Shown piece after piece: positions 62,752 through 64,000 of a DNA stretch of 64,000 bases. The stretch lies in the NCBI GenBank assembly GCA_004431415.1, contig QPMI01000061.1, forward strand, positions 90,243-154,242. The letters run 5' to 3'. This stretch comes from Cyanophora paradoxa CCMP329 (taxonomy: Eukaryota; Plantae; Glaucophyta). The notes beneath the pieces were generated by a model. The model was given only the letters and a program-made list of their open reading frames with translations, was not told the origin of the DNA and did no database searches. Made by a program: the position numbers and the translations under genes. Numbering within the stretch: position 1 is the stretch's first letter; each line of letters begins with the position of its first letter.

Positions 62752-64000
62752 ATGCCCGCTTCGTATTCGTGAAAAAGCAGGTGGTGCAGGCTCCGCAGTA
62801 TGGCGTGGAGCCGATCTCGCTGACTGTGGGCAGGCCCCAGGTGCGATCGGGCTCCGTGCTCAACAACGGAACAGTACGTACGGCTTTCAGCTGAACTGGG
62901 TCGCGGTCACCAACGCCGTCAAGTACAAGGTGTACAGGGCGACCAGCATCAACGGCCCTGGGATCTCGTGCCACGGTGAATGCGCCAACCGTCACCTACA
63001 CGGACTCTCCCTTTAGTTTTGGGGGCCCAGCGACTCTACCGCGTGGCGGCGGTTCGCGAACAGGCAGCAGCAGCACGGGCTCTGATGGCAAAGCCCCGCC
63101 CACAACCTACGCACAGTCGCTTCTCTACACCCACGAGGGTGCCATGAGCAATACATTCTCTTCCAAGGCATAGGCGGCTTCAGCCCGCAGATCGAAGCCT
63201 ACACCACGCTCACGACCGCCACGGCCCAGACTACGGCGATTTTATTGCCGGGGCGGCCCGCGTCTTCGGGCTTCCGAAACCCGCCATAGTCGTCACAATC
63301 AACTGGGTGGCCATGGAGGGCGCGGACTCGATTCGAATTTACAGGAACGGTACGCCATCGATTTGCGAGCAGTGCCCTGTCTACCTCGTACATTGACGAT
63401 AGCACTGCTCTTACGTGGGGCACGGAATACTCTTACCAGGTGGGCCGGCATCGTGGGCGGTGTCGAATACGACAAGTCCGATCCGCCTCCTGGTCTGGAC
63501 TATGCCAAACGCCCCCACGAACGTGACGGCATCAGCACCCAACGACCAGCAGCAGCCTGTCAGCCTCAGCTGGACTGCGTCCACGGGAGCGACGGGATAC
63601 AAGATTTACAGAGACGGGGCCTACCTCACAGACTCCGCGACCAACTCCTACAGCGACACGACCACCGTCTGGGGTACAGGTACGAGTACCAGATCTCCGC
63701 GACGAACACGGGAGGGGAGGGGCCGAAGAGTATTGCGGCGTACGTCACCACGGACCCGGGGGCGCCCACTGGGCTCACTGCAACCCCCGCGCGGGGGCAG
63801 CACAGCCTGTTGTGCTCGAGTGGTCGGTGCCGGTGACGGGCGTCACCGTCTCCTACAACATCTACAGGGGTGGCGTGTTCCTTGCCAGCGACACGAGCAG
63901 CCCCTTTTCGGACACAACGACCGTTTACGGAACCACTTACACTTACACCATCAAGGGCGTCAACCAGATCGGCGAGGAAGGCCCTCAGTCCTCGTCTGCC
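62752..64000 (+). pseudogene. Multi-fibronectin type III repeat protein, intronless, frameshifted, 3' end outside the window
   Basis: At least four FN3-like units across frames: LNWVAVTNAVKYKVYRATS...TYTDS, INWVAMEGADSIRIYRNG...SYID, LSWTASTGATGYKIYRDG...YSDT...YEYQISATNTGGEGPKS, and SYNIYRGG...FSDT...YTYTIKGVNQIGEEGPQS. Confidence 0.85.

Larger units (their letters stand above)
57850..64000. mobile_element. Putative endogenous virus-like element, left part; boundary approximate, runs off the window
   Basis: Abrupt loss of CCCCG/GGGGC introns and lower GC. Compact ORFs with AAAATG starts, an HNH endonuclease, FN3 repeats, tandem paralogs and repeat cassettes. No capsid, polymerase or integrase hallmark is recognised inside the window. 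Confidence 0.65.

Overview
This is very GC-rich, intron-dense nuclear DNA from a flagellated, plastid-bearing eukaryote. A glaucophyte such as Cyanophora is my inference from intron style and a Phe-motif transit peptide; it is not proven. Positions 1-57.5 kb hold about 20 spliced host genes: HSP20, a TSNAXIP1-like protein, importin-4, alpha-tubulin, a hybrid histidine kinase, a CUE-Smr nuclease, panB, a FAD synthase with a head-to-head stand-alone CinA/MPT-binding paralog, NFRKB, DNA polymerase alpha, PLAA, TVP15, a BBS-type chaperonin, a PPR protein, APC2 and 3-hydroxybutyryl-CoA dehydrogenase, plus unknowns. They alternate strand almost perfectly, forming nine divergent pairs whose start codons are only about 80-370 bp apart. 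Introns are short, often GC-AG, and many have a C-rich 5' half and a G-rich 3' half instead of a polypyrimidine tract. From about 57.8 kb to the window end the sequence becomes lower-GC with essentially intronless, frameshifted ORFs: an HNH endonuclease, two tandem diverged paralogs, and a multi-FN3 protein. This segment also carries three (GGGACTT)n cassettes in direct and inverted orientation, and is best read as the edge of an endogenous virus-like element. Gene coordinates are hand-spliced outer bounds. Most long ORFs in the supplied track are GC artefacts.
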